DNA from: Octopus sinensis
Lineage: Eukaryota
DNA length: 64,000 nt
Direction of reading: 5' to 3'
Assembly: GCF_006345805.1 (NCBI RefSeq)
Contig: NC_043012.1
Span: 32,984,001-33,048,000, forward strand
How positions within the stretch are numbered: the stretch's first letter is position 1; each line of letters starts with the position of its first letter. Below, one piece after another: positions 35,130 through 46,973 of the stretch. The notes under the pieces were generated by a model. That model had not been told where the DNA came from, did not search any database, and saw only the letters and a program-made list of their open reading frames with translations. The translations under genes and the position numbers were made by a program.

Positions 35130-35935
35130 GAAGGAGGTGTGTGTGTGTGCACAGATTTGTGTGTGTGTGTAATGGTAGCATGTGTTTGTGTGTGTGTGTG
35201 TGTGGTTGTGGCTGTTTATGTATGTGTGTGGTTGGACTTAGTGTTGCTTAAGGTCATAGGAAGAATTTTGGTAGGAGTGGCTGTCTGTTGTGTGTCTCCC
35301 TACACATGTGCAATGGTCAGTAGAAAGGTGTTTAACTGGTAGTTTGATGTGTGTGTGTGTGTGTGTGTTTTGTATATAGTGTGTGTCTCTGTGTGTGTAT
35401 GTATGTGTGTGAGGTTGTGTGTATGTGTGAGGTTGTGTGTGGGGTTGTGTCTGTGGAGTTTATGTGTGTGTGTGTTCATGTATGTATAATTCTGTGCGTG
35501 TATGTATGAGTGTGTGTTGTGTGTGGATAGGAGGTATGTGTGGGTTCATTTGCATGTGTGTGTGTGTGTGTATATGTGTGTATGTATGTGCGTGTGTATT
35601 TTATGTGTGTGGGCCTGTGTCTGTGAACGAGGGGTTGTGTGGGAAGGTATATGTATATTTTTTGCACATGTATGTGTGTGCATGTGTATGTGTAGTTGTG
35701 TGTGTGTGCGGATGTGTATACATGTATGTGTAGAGTTGTGAGTGTTAGATATGTGCGCATGCATCTGTGTGTATGTGCGTCTATATGTGTATGCGTATGT
35801 GTATGCATGTGCATGTATGTATATATTGTGTGTGAGTATGTGTGTGTGCGTGTATGTATGTGTGCATGTGCATGTGTATGTGCATGTGTGTGTGTGTATA
35901 TGTACACACACACACACATATATATATATATGGAG
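35130..35935. repeat. Long (GT)/(GTAT) low-complexity tract
   Basis: About 800 bp of imperfect GT/AT dinucleotides; explains the Cys/Val- and His/Thr-rich spurious ORFs. Confidence 0.95.
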
Positions 35936-36677
35936 AAAGAGGCAGAGAGAGAGGAGAGAGAAATAAATAGATAGCCAGGAGGATGTGATATGAAGATACA
36001 CACATATAGAAGAGAAGCAGTTCTGCATCTGTCTGTCTGTCTACTAGCATCTATTACAGGGAAGGAAAGAAGAGGAGGAATCAAAATATACGTCACAATG
36101 TACTTTAAAAGTTGTTGAGAGAGAAATACAGGGAGAGAGTGTGTAAAAGATAGAATGATAGATAGATAGATAGATAGACAGACAGTCAGACAGATAGTAT
36201 TGTCACTATAGTAACTGACAAAGTTTATTAAAAACACAGGAATTTTAAATGCAAGTCTGTCAACACAATGCAACACAGTGTCAAAGAAAAATGACTTTTA
36301 TTATATAACAATATAGTTATTTTTTGGTTGTTCATGTGTGTGTGTACCTCTGTGTCTATGTGTTTCTGTATGTCTTTCAACTTTAGAGACTATGCACTGT
36401 TTCACTATAATGACAGGTTGTTGTGTTGCTGAGAGAAAAATTCAATGAAAGAGAGAGGTGTTAATATCACAAGCAGGCTGTTTCATTGATCAGGTCTACC
36501 GGAACCCTCATTGTTGTAACTGACAGAGTGCCAGTATAGTATATAGTATATATAGATTTCTCTTGAATGAAACAGTTCTAGTCCTGTAGAAGCTCCTTCT
36601 ATATAATAAATTAACTTTACTCTGCTATGTATTGAGTACCTTATTTACTGTGGTTAACCCCGAATCAACCCGGGACC

Positions 36678-36726
<49 letters not shown>

Positions 36727-36979
36727 TACTAATATAGGATGAAGTTTTTTTCTCTACAGAAAAAAATTCATCAAGAAATGTGGCAGCATATTAAAATACC
36801 TTTACAGTTAAAATTATAAACAACTTATAAGTAAGGGCTAAAGAAAATTATTTCAAAGCCAATATGCTGATAACAGATTATTAAATCGTCAATTTCCACA
36901 TATAGTATACTCGCTACAGCAAAGACAGAAGAACTGAAGTCGGGCAAACTGGCCATTAGAATTTCTAAATATTCGTTAT

Positions 36980-37039
36980 CTCTATATTGAATCAATTTCG
37001 GAATTAATCTCATAAAAAATTTATTCCTCTTCAGTAGAG
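36980..37039 (-). ncRNA. Type I hammerhead ribozyme with a complete consensus core
   Basis: CUCUA-CUGAAGA-GGAAU-(18 nt)-AUUCC-GAA-AUUG-AUU-CAAU-A-UAGAG; stems I (5 bp), II (5 bp, G-C closing) and III (4 bp) all pair; predicted cut after AUA, between 36985 and 36984. Confidence 0.85.
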
Positions 37040-37147
37040 CTTACGAAAGAATATAAATGAGATACTTACATGCGCCCATGGAAAAAGCCGAAGCAAAAAA
37101 CATGAGTATGGGCACATGTAAGTATCTCATTTATATTCTTTCGTAAG

Positions 37148-37207
37148 CTCTATCGAAGAGGAATAAATTTTTTATGAGATTAATTCCAAAATTGATTCAA
37201 TATAGAG
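37148..37207 (+). pseudogene. Mirror hammerhead copy with a mutated catalytic core
   Basis: Same stems, but CTGAAGA>TCGAAGA (37153-37154) and GAAA>AAAA (37188). Confidence 0.8.
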
Positions 37208-37439
37208 ATAACGAATATTTAGAAATTCTAACGGCCAGTTCGCCCGACTTCAGTTCTTCTGTCTTTGCTGTAACGAGTATACTATATGTGGAAATTGACG
37301 ATTTAATAATCTGTTATCAGCATATTGGCTTTGAAATAATTTTCTTTAGCCCTTACTTATAAGTTGTATATATATAGATGGCGGTGCCCCAGCATGGCCA
37401 CAGCTCATTAGCTGAAACTGGTAAAATCAAATATATATC

Positions 37440-38100
37440 TTTTACTTATTTCAATTATTAGACTGTGGCTATGCTGTGACACTGACTTGAAAAATTTTAA
37501 TTGAATGAATCACCCCTAGTATTTATTTTTTTAAGCCTGGTACTTCTTCTATCAGTCTCTTTTGCTGAACTACTAAGTTATGGGGACATAAACACACCAG
37601 CATTAGTTGTCAAGTGGTGGTGGTGATAAACACAGACACAAAGACACACACGCATGGCATGGGTTGGATGGTTTGACAGAAGATGGCCAGGTGGAGAGCT
37701 GCTTAGACTTTATTTGTCTATTTTGGCATGATTTCTATGGCTGGATGCTCTTCCTTATGCCAACCACTTTTCACAGAGTGTGAGGACATCCAGAACAGAT
37801 ACAGAAGTATGGTGCAGACTTCTACTTGGCCAGCTCCTGTTAAACCATCCAACTCATGCCAGTATGGAAGGAGGACATTAAATGATAATGATGGTGATGA
37901 TGACACCGACCCAGACACTTTTACGTGGCACTTGCACAGACGCTTTCATGTGGCATTCAGGCACTTTCACATGGCATTGGCACTGGCATTTTTATGTGGC
38001 ACCAGCACCCATGAACCTGCAAGTTTAGGATCTCTCAGCTGAGAGAGGGGTGTAGAGGACATGCCTGTATGTATGGACAGCCACGTTTTTACTTAGCTCA
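37440..38100. mobile_element. Cluster of degenerate family A and C fragments
   Basis: Family A 3' half (minus, about 37440-37650) and family C pieces on both strands. Confidence 0.6.
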
Positions 38101-38348
38101 GACAATCTCTCAGTAAATTTGGATTTTATAATAATGAAATTATTGTATACAGTGCTCAGGTGCACCACAACTTATCAAAATTGTGTATAAAGCATATGCA
38201 GTAATGTACAAATGTCTGGAAGTGAACAGTGTATGAGTCAGATACATGCTTGCATGTGTATGGAGGGGAGAAAATCAGGTGTAGTGTTGGTGAATCTCAG
38301 GAAGCATGGAAGTTTTGAAGGATGGGGGTACCAAGCCATTTGGGTATA

Positions 38349-38579
38349 CCTGTTTCTTTACTACCCACAAGGGGCTACATACAGAGGGGACAAACAAGGA
38401 CAGACAAACGGATTAAGTTGATTACGTCGACCCCAGTGCATAACTGGTACTTATTCAATCGACCCCGAAGGGATGAAAGGTAAAGTTGACCTCGGTGGAA
38501 TTTGAACTCAGAACGTAGCGGCAGACGAAATACCGCTAGGCATTTCACCCTGTGTGCTAACATTTCTGCCAGCTCGCCT
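38349..38579 (-). mobile_element. SINE family B
   Basis: Full head; flanking direct repeat TTTGGGTATA. Confidence 0.88.
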
Positions 38580-39344
38580 TTGGGTATACCATGTACATAC
38601 AGTGTATGTGTATTCATTCACATTAAATATTTATCAATAGTACAACTGTACATTGTCAGGAAAACAAATATCTTCTAAGAGGAATATCGACAATGAGTAA
38701 GGTTATTGTTTTGCAGTATATTAATATGAATATATATAAAGGCAACATGGGAAATGATGTAGTTGTGAGAGTGTGGCCAAAGTTTAACTAGTTCAACGAC
38801 TGTCTTGAAACATAAAAAGGCAGGTCATCAGCAAATTCTGATGTCAACCTTTAAGTTAAGCTGATAGTGTCTTTCAGCTTTCCATTTGTGCCCATCACTG
38901 TTGAGTTTCTCATTTGTGAATGTCTGTTTGTGCTTAGTAAATCTCCCACCCTGCCACACACACACACAGATACTCATTTACATGATACATTAACATATAT
39001 TGACAGATGCTTATAATACATAGACAATAAACATATATTCTCATGTACAAAAATTAGTACAAACACTTGTATACAGATTTATATACACAATAGGTGTGTT
39101 ATGTGTATTTATATATATATATATAGCTGCTTATACACAGTCACATATTTGCATGGCTAATATACACTAAATTTGTAGTGTTTCTGCATAAATTTGCTGT
39201 TTTTGATTGACTTTTATATGCAACCTACAAGCCTAGACATGTATGTAGGTCATATACACACACATATACATATGTACTTTTCTCCTATATATTTACATAA
39301 AATCATTGCAGATACATTTATGAAAATAACTTTTGTGTGTGTTC

Positions 39345-39688
39345 ATATATATATATAAAATTAGAAAAAAAACTCCTTTTATCAATTCAAAATGAACAAT
39401 TAAATTACACATCTAGAAAATTACATATAATAGAAATATTAAAATTGATATAACAATAAAATACCAATGATTAAGTAAATTGCAAAAAAATAATAAAAAT
39501 TTATATAATTGGTAGAATAACCCAAAAAATATTTTTTATTATTTTTTTGCAATTTGCTTAATCATTGGTATTTTATTGATATTTTAATTTTAATATTTCT
39601 ATTATATGTAATTTTCTAGATGTGTAATTTAATCGTTCATTTTGAATTGAGAAAAGGTGTTTTTTTCTAATTTTATATATATATATAT
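39345..39688. repeat. Fold-back palindrome P5 (about 160-bp AT-rich arms), TA-flanked
   Basis: TATATAAAATTAGAAAAAAAAC...TTGCAAAAAAATAATAAAAA mirrored by TTTTTATTATTTTTTTGCAA...TTTTTTTCTAATTTTATATA. Confidence 0.9.
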
Positions 39689-39777
39689 TATATTGTGTGA
39701 AATTTGATTTAGTATTTCTAAATTGAATTTTTTCCCCTGTAAGTTAGGATTAATATTCCCTCAGATAATTATTATAT

Positions 39778-39985
39778 ATCATCATCATCATCGTTTAGCG
39801 TCCGCTTTCCATGCTAGCATGGGTTGGACGGTTCAACTGGGGTCTGGGAAGCCAGAAGGCTGCACCAGGCCCCGTCTGATCTGGCAATGTTTCTACGGCT
39901 GGATGCCTTTCCTAACACCAACCACTCCGTGAGTGTAGTGGGTGCTTTTTACGTGCCACCGGCACAGGTGCCAGACGAGGCATAC
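39778..39985 (-). mobile_element. Family C 3' fragment
   Basis: (CAT)n plus the reverse complement of the family C end. Confidence 0.85.
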
Positions 39986-40031
39986 ATACACACACACATA
40001 GATACATACATATATATAATATAATATTGTA

Positions 40032-41026
40032 CGAGGTGGTGAGATGCTCAAAATATCTGGTAGTGTCGGCTATAGCCTAGTCACCCGTATAGTTAACCAG
40101 GTGATACACGAAGGAGTCATACCCAATGACTGGTGTAGCAGCATAATAGTCAACTGCTACAAAGGTAAAGGTGACACCTAGATACAAATAACTACAGGGG
40201 TATCAAGCTGCTGGATCAGGTAATGAAGGTTACGGAGAGGGTTATAGCTCAACTAATTAGAGAGAGAGTTAGCTTAGATGAGATGCAGTTTGGGTTCGTG
40301 CCAGGGAAAAGTACTACTGATGCTATATTCCTGGTAAGACAGCTGCAGGAGAAATACCTAGCCAAAGATAAGCCCCTGTACCTGGCTTTTATTGACATGG
40401 AGAAAGCATTCGACAGGGTCCCCCGATCCCTTATCTGGTGGTCAATGAGGAAACTAGGGATAGATGAATGGTTAGTGAGAGCTGTGCAAGCCATGTACAG
40501 AGACACTGCTAGTAAGGTGAGGGTTGGCAACGAGTACAGTGAAGAATTCCGGGTAGAGGTTGGGGACCACCAAGGTTCAGTCCTCAGTCCCCTCCTATTT
40601 ATCATAGTCCTCTAGGCAATAACGGAGGAATTCAAGACAGGATGCCCCTGCCGGTGGCACGTAAAAAGCACCATCTGTTCGTAGCTGTTGCTAGTCTTGC
40701 CTGGCCCCTGTGCCGGTGGCACGTAAAAGCACCATCCGTTTGTGTCCATTGCCAGCCTCGCCTGGCCCCCGTGCCGGTGGCACGTAAAAGCACCATCCGT
40801 TCATGGCCATTTGCCAGCTCCGTCTGGCACCTGTGTGGGTGGCACGTAAAAAGCACCCACTACACTCCCGGAGTGGTTGGCGTTAGGAAGGGCATCCAGC
40901 CGTAGAAACACTGCCAGATCAGACTGGGCCTGATGCAGCCTTCTGGCTTCACAGACCCCAGTTGAACCATCCAACCCATGCTAGCATGGAAAGCGGACGC
41001 TAAATGATGATGATGATGATGATGAT
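40032..41026 (+). mobile_element. RTE LINE, 5'-truncated and internally deleted (RT N-half fused to 3' UTR)
   Basis: NYRGIKLLDQVMKVTERV, QFGFVPGKSTTDAIF, FIDMEKAFDRV and QGSVLSPLLF motifs; jumps at GCCCCTG (40644-40650) into four about 61-nt UTR repeats and a (GAT)n tail. Confidence 0.92.
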
Positions 41027-41460
41027 ATATATATATATATATATATATTAATTGGTTCCAGGAGACACGACTTAAGCTGAAAAACGACTTGAGCCAAATT
41101 AACTTGTCTCTAGGCTAGGCTAGGCTGAATTTACTTGTCTCAAGGCTAAACCAATAATATCCATTCCCAGTTTTGTACTTCCTTTATGAATGCATTTTCA
41201 ATAATACATGGTTAATAAAAACCTATTTTAAGCTTACAAGCAAATAATTTTTATTTTTTAATACAGTACAGTAAAAAAAAAAGTAATCTAAATTTATGAA
41301 TACAATTTGGCAGTGTTTACTGTACATCGCGGACGCTTTATTTATGAATGCAATAAGGCATTGTTAAATTAAAAGCCTCTTTTAATCTTAAAAACCAAAT
41401 TCAGTAATTATTATTATTTTGCAATAGTAAAACAAACTAGATTATTTTAAATGCTGATTT

Positions 41461-41654
41461 GTGTTCTACAATCTTTTCAGAAGTACATTTGATGGAAAGA
41501 AGACCTCTAAGAGAGGGATAAGTGATAACTTACTTGAGAGATGTATTAAAGATAAACATGTTGAAATCAGTGAGTTTGATCTTCAATGCAGATTGAGTGA
41601 GGACTTTGGTTGTCTTGATATTCTATGGAAGGTGAAAGCAATCATATACACAAA
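41461..41654 (+). repeat. Left copy of a dispersed about 190-bp inverted repeat
   Basis: Reverse complement aligns with 43354-43544 (CTTTTCAGAAGTACATTTGATGGAAA...ATTCTATGGAAGGTGAAAG). Confidence 0.88.
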
Positions 41655-41949
41655 GGAAGTTGTAGATTTCTAAAGTTTTTGATGTGTGTGACAGAGAGCA
41701 GTATTGTCATCTGACTATGAAAAAAATGGCATCGGATATCAACATCTGGATTGTTTGGTGGAATGTACACAAAAGTGTCACAGACAAATATTAAAGAAAG
41801 GACATCAGTGCAAAAACACAACTGACAACTGCTTGCTTTGATAAAAAACATAACCTGACATACTTTCTTGCAGTGCTTTACCTAATGAGGTGAAGGAACT
41901 TGGGTAGGCAGAACATTGAAGAACCATTTAAATAGCATCTCTTGGTACA

Positions 41950-42395
41950 CCATCAAAACCCTTTTTCATTTTATAGAAGACAAAGATAAATAGTTTCTGA
42001 GTTGTCTTTTTTTTGTCTTGGGGTTGCACAAAATAATCATGTAAATTGTGTTGCAACAAGCCCAAAAACTGCATTGAGATTTGGGTAAAATCTTGTCTGT
42101 AATGATCTGCAGACCATCTTGAAAGATTCTTGCTAATATCTTTCTCTCAATGGATATCAATGTCATTCCATGAACATTCCCACAAGATTTTCAATCTTGT
42201 TTCTTCAAGGTAGTGATAATAATTGCATCTTTAAATTTATCTGGGATTCAGTGGTCTTGTCATATCTTCAGGATCAGAGAGAAAAGTTTGGTTTTGGAGG
42301 GTAGTCCAGCATGTTCCGGTAATTCAAGAAAGATTTTGTTGAGACCTGGGGATTTTCCTGGCTTCATACTGTCCGTGGTATTTTCAGACTCTAAA
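41950..42395 (-). mobile_element. Decayed RTE/BovB-like RT N-terminal fragment
   Basis: MKPGKSPG...IPDKFKDAIIIT...GMTLISIERKILARI...ILPKSQCSF. Confidence 0.7.
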
Positions 42396-42516
42396 TGATA
42401 GTTGAACAAAAACAACAACAACTACATCATCATCATCACCATCACCACCACCATCACCACCACTGCAGCCGCCACTGCCGCTACCACCACCACCGCCACC
42501 ACCACCACCATCATCA

Positions 42517-42845
42517 TCTTATTATTCTTTGTAAGCCTAGTACTTATTCTATTGGTCTCTTTTGCCAAACTGTTAAGTTACGAGGACGTAAACACACCAG
42601 CATCGGTTGTCAAGCAATGTTGGGGGAGACAAACACAGACACACAAGCACATACACAAATATATACATATACACATATATATGACAGGCTTCTTTCAGTT
42701 TCCGTCTACCAAATCCACTCACAAGGCTTTAGTCGGCCCGAGGCTATAGTAGAAGACACTTGTTCAAGGTGCCACACAGTAGGACTGAACCCGGAACCAT
42801 GTGGCTGGTAAGCAAGCTACTTACCACACAGCCACTCCTACGCCT
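42517..42845 (-). mobile_element. SINE family A
   Basis: Colinear with family A; preceded by a (CAT/CAC) run at 42425-42516. Confidence 0.88.
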
Positions 42846-43353
42846 ACAAAAATTTTAATTAAATTTAACTTAGTTTATCTCACCATATGAAAGGTCCTAT
42901 GATGACCACAAGTATGGTTCCTTGTGCCATTCTCCTCTTCTACATTCTCTTCCCAATTAAAAAAATGGCAAAAAAATTTTATTTCAGCAAAAATGAATAT
43001 AGACTAAAAATAGATATATGTTATATTTTGATCAATTTTGAAAAAATTTGTTATGTTAAGATCATCTTTTTGAAGGGTGAGTATCTACCTTCCTACTTAG
43101 ATCAACATATAGAATAAGAACCCTCTCCTCCTAAAAAAAAAAATGAGCTGTTTGTATGCATGCTTCACCCTCTCTCTTCCCATCACTCTACTGATAAGCA
43201 CCTATCTGCAGTTCCAATACAAAAATCTTCAAATCTAAGTTCAGTTTACCATCATAAATATTAGTGATTATTTTCAGATATGTGTATATGTGTTAATTAT
43301 GCAAATAAATATGTAGCATGGTTTTACACTAAGTATGTGGAGCAAAGTTAATG

Positions 43354-43544
43354 CTTTGTGTATACGATTACTTTCACCTTCCATAGAATATCAAGAATAA
43401 AGTCCTCACCCTGTCTGCTTGGAAGATCAAATGCTTTGATTTCAAGATCTTTATCTTTAATACATCTCTCAAGTAAGTTATTGCTTATCCCACTCTTAGA
43501 GGTCTTTTTCCATCAAATGTACTTCTGAAAAGAATGTTGAACAC
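43354..43544 (-). repeat. Right copy of the dispersed inverted repeat
   Basis: See 41461. Confidence 0.88.
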
Positions 43545-43580
43545 AAAACTGGGTTAGTCCTATCAGCATTGGCAAACTTA

Positions 43581-44291
43581 CGAGGAGAAGTCAAAAATTA
43601 TCCACACTTTCACCATAACATATCTTTATTATTGTCAGGCTGCCTTCTGCATATGTGTGCTTTTAGTTGGTACTATTGTGGTCATGAGATCGAAGTTTGA
43701 GCCTGACCATGCCATTTTTCTTCCTGGCTTTACAGTGTAAGCATGGCTGCTCCACTAACAATGTGCACCAAAGAAGAACAAAGAGCAGTGATCCAATTTC
43801 TCTGGAAAAGGGTTGTCTGCTCAACAGTACAAGATACGGTGCTTTGCTGGTCAACAAACTGAAGCCAGCAATTCACACCAAACACTGAAGCCTATTGTCA
43901 AAGAAAGTTTTGTTGTTGCTTGACAACGCATGCCCATACACAGCCGCCCAGACTGTTGAAACCATTAATCAATTCAGTTTTGAAGTACTAGAACACCCTG
44001 CTTACAGCCCAGATCTTGCCCCTTCCAACTATCATAACTTTGGACTGCTCAAAGATAGTTTACGACATTGTCAATTTCCTACAGATGAAGATGTGAAGGA
44101 AGCAGTATATAAATGGTTGCATGACCAACCAAAAACCTTCTTGGAGGGAATATGCAAGTTAATGGACCACAGGACCAAGTGCATCGAATAGGATGGAGGC
44201 TATATGGAAAAATGATGTACTTGTTTATTCCCTGCTTTTGTATAAATACATTGAGAAAACAAGAATGTGTATAGGTTTTTACTCTCCCTTG
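43581..44291 (+). mobile_element. Mariner element, internally deleted, both TIRs present
   Basis: TA|CGAGGAGAAGTCAAAAATTAT...ATAGGTTTTTACTCTCCCTTG|TA; N-terminus MAAPLTMCTKEEQRAVIQFLW joined to LLLLDNA...HPAYSPDLAPS. Confidence 0.88.
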
Positions 44292-44755
44292 TACAAAATG
44301 GGTCATTAAGAACAAAGATCTTCCCAACAAAATGAAACTTTTGGCTTATCAATCAACTTTGATGTATAGTTGTGAAAAATAGGCATTTTATCATCATGAC
44401 ATCATGCTTCATAATTCATTGATATACATCATTTCCTGATAACATTGTTAACTTGGGTACTTTTCAAAATATATTTTGGTTCACTCATTTGAGATTGATT
44501 GTTGAAAGTATATATTCTAGTGGCTTATGATAATAGGAAATTGTAGAGCTATGTGAATCATATTTTGTTTAACTATAAGGTTGTTCTGAAAATAACGGAT
44601 GCTCTAAGTGTTGTGTTTTGAAACGCAATTTTATCACAGTATTTTAATTATATTTCTGGTGAATTTCGACTTACTTAATAATTGATGTATGGTCTTTAAT
44701 AATTTTCTATTTATTTCAGATAGAAACCATTCTTGAAGCATAGGCGTCCTTAATT

Positions 44756-45407
44756 ATGAACATGACAAAAAAGGACCTTCGCTTACTTTTCCTGTATGAG
44801 TTCAAGCTTGGACACAATGCCTCCCAAACTGCTGCCAATATCAATAGAGCATGGGGAGAGGGGTCCACAAGTGATCGCACAGTATGAAGGTGGTTTCAGA
44901 AATTCTGTAGTGGTGATGAGAGCCTTGAAGATGAAGACGGTAAAGGATGGTCATGCAGTCTTGACAATGAAAAACTGAAAGCAATTGTTGAACAAAACCC
45001 ATGTCAAAGTATCAGAGAAATGTCTCAGGCATTTGGTATCGGTATTACAATGGCCTCATGCAATCTGCAGAAGATTGGTAAGGTGAAGAGCTCAATAAAT
45101 GGGTCCCACATGAGCTCGATGAAAATCAAAAAGTTCAGCATTTTGAAGCATGCTTGATGCTCTTTCTGCAAAAAACCAAATAGTGGATCTTTTATGATAA
45201 CCATAAACGATCAGGTCAATGGTTTGAATGTGATGAGTCCCCCAAGCATTTCTCAAAGCCAAAGTTGCATCAGCAAAAGATTATGGGGACTGTCTGGTGG
45301 TCTGCAATTGGTGTTGTCCATTGCAGCTTTCTGGAAGCCAATCAGGACATTGCAGCAGAGGTTTACTGCAATCAACATGCTGAAATGCATAAAGCACCAT
45401 TTTGTAT
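44756..45407 (+). mobile_element. Second mariner transposase pseudogene (Hsmar1/cecropia-like), N-terminal two thirds
   Basis: FLYEFKLGHNA...TV*RWFQKF..., WVPHEL (45100-45117), WIFYDN, IMGTVWWSAIGVVH; stops and frameshifts. Confidence 0.85.
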
Positions 45408-45497
45408 TCTTTGTATCTTAAATTAATATTTTGCTTTATTGGAGAGATTGGAAGCCTAAACAAGGCTGGCATAATCCATAATGGATCTAATGTATTG

Positions 45498-45703
45498 TCG
45501 GGGACAAGAAACAGGAAGAAAGAGTGAGAGAAAGTTGGAGCGAAAGAGTACAACAGGGGTCGACACCCCCCCCCCTGCCAGAGCCTTGTGGAGCTTTTAG
45601 GTGTTTTCACTCAATAAATACACACAACGCCCGGTCTGGGAATCAAAACCACAATCCTCTGACTGCAAGTCTGCTGCCCTAACCATTGGGCCATTGCACC
45701 TCC
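45498..45703 (-). mobile_element. SINE family D, 5' part
   Basis: Colinear with 32896-33096. Confidence 0.82.
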
Positions 45704-46290
45704 ACTGATGTTGCTGTTAAGAAGGGAGGCAATAGGAGCTACTTAAAGTCTGTTGTTTTGGAACCAGGTTTCTAGGTGAGTTAAGTAGAGTTGGAATAGT
45801 CATGCAGCTGTGTCTGGAGAATAGTGGGATGTAAGTGTGGTGTTGACTGTGTGTGTATGGGAGGGTGGGGGCTGTGCATATGTTTTGAGGGGTTGTAAGA
45901 AAATCGTATTGATATAAGCCAAGAAGAATGAGTGAAAAGATGGAACCTTGTAGCTTTCTATTTAGGACAGAGCAAATTTGTTTTTCCGCACTTTATAGCA
46001 TCGGCTGACACGACAGGTAGTTTACTGGGCAGTCTTTTATGTTGTTTCTTAATGAGATGTTGAATATTTTGTGTTTAAGTGGATACTAATAATGAAAGGA
46101 GTGTTTAATGACATTAAGGATTAATCCATCTCAAATGTCTGAAGGCTCTGTAATATGGTGCTTCATTTGGGCTTAAAATTACAATTTTGCCCAGTTGCAA
46201 GAGAATATGGCAGCATTGGTATGAGTTGTTGTTGGTCAGCACAGGTCGAACCTGATTGAGCGGATCTATAATGTTAGGACTACAATATAC

Positions 46291-46685
46291 AGGTGTAGGA
46301 GTGGCTGTGTGGTAAGTAGCTTGATTACGAACCACATGGTTCCGGGTTCAGTCCCACTGTGTGGCACCTTGGGCAAGTGTCTTCTACTATGGTCTCGGGC
46401 TGACCAAAGCCTTGTGAGTGGATTTGGTAGACGGAAACTGAAAGAAGCCCATCGTACATATGTATGTGTGTGCATATGTTTGTGTGTTTGCGTTTGTCCC
46501 CACCAACATCGCTTGATAACCGATGCTGGTGTGTTTATGTCCCCATAAGTTAGCGGTTCGACAAAAGAGATTGATACAATAAATACCAAGCTTCCAAAAA
46601 ATAAGTCCTGGGGTCAATTTGTTCGACTAAAAGGCGGTGCTCCAGCATGGCCACAGTCAAATGACTGAAACAAGTAAAAGAGTAA
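46291..46685 (+). mobile_element. SINE family A, full length
   Basis: Colinear with family A. Confidence 0.9.
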
Positions 46686-46973
46686 GGAGGGTATCCAATG
46701 AAGTCTTTTCCTTTCGCAAGATGATCTCGAGGGACTTGAGGGAAATTTGACTGTTATTTGTAGCAGTGTCAACTGTGTGACAATTCCTTCAGGCTCCAGG
46801 TGCACGTTAAGGATTCCATCAGTTTCTTAGATTTTGTGCAGTTGTTTATTCTCTCTTTATTAAAATGTTAACCAATCACATGTTTCTAGCAATAAACTGC
46901 ACAATCCCTGTGTTTACAGCCTATTGAACTGGGTTATCCAGTTATAAGTGTTAATGTAAGAAGGAAAATGCTG

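Larger units (their letters stand above)
36820..37367. repeat. Fold-back palindrome P4 (260-bp arms, 28-nt loop)
   Basis: Arms 36820-37079 and 37108-37367 are near-perfect reverse complements (about 7-8 differences by eye); TA run at the right end. Confidence 0.97.

Noticed and set aside
35437-36276. Long overlapping ORFs (up to 266 aa) rich in Cys/Val or His/Thr
   Set aside because: Translations of GT/AT low-complexity sequence.
36825-37362. Two near-identical 62-aa ORFs on opposite strands
   Set aside because: A by-product of palindrome P4; no coding signal.
42395-42811. Poly-His ORF of 138 aa
   Set aside because: A (CAT/CAC) microsatellite fused to an antisense SINE.
46175-46200. 24-nt micro-exon (ttttgcccAG ... 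G|GTATGA) and a possible partner at about 46719-46800
   Set aside because: The partner acceptor is a rare AAG and its donor is weak; no recognisable product, so it is not supportable by eye.
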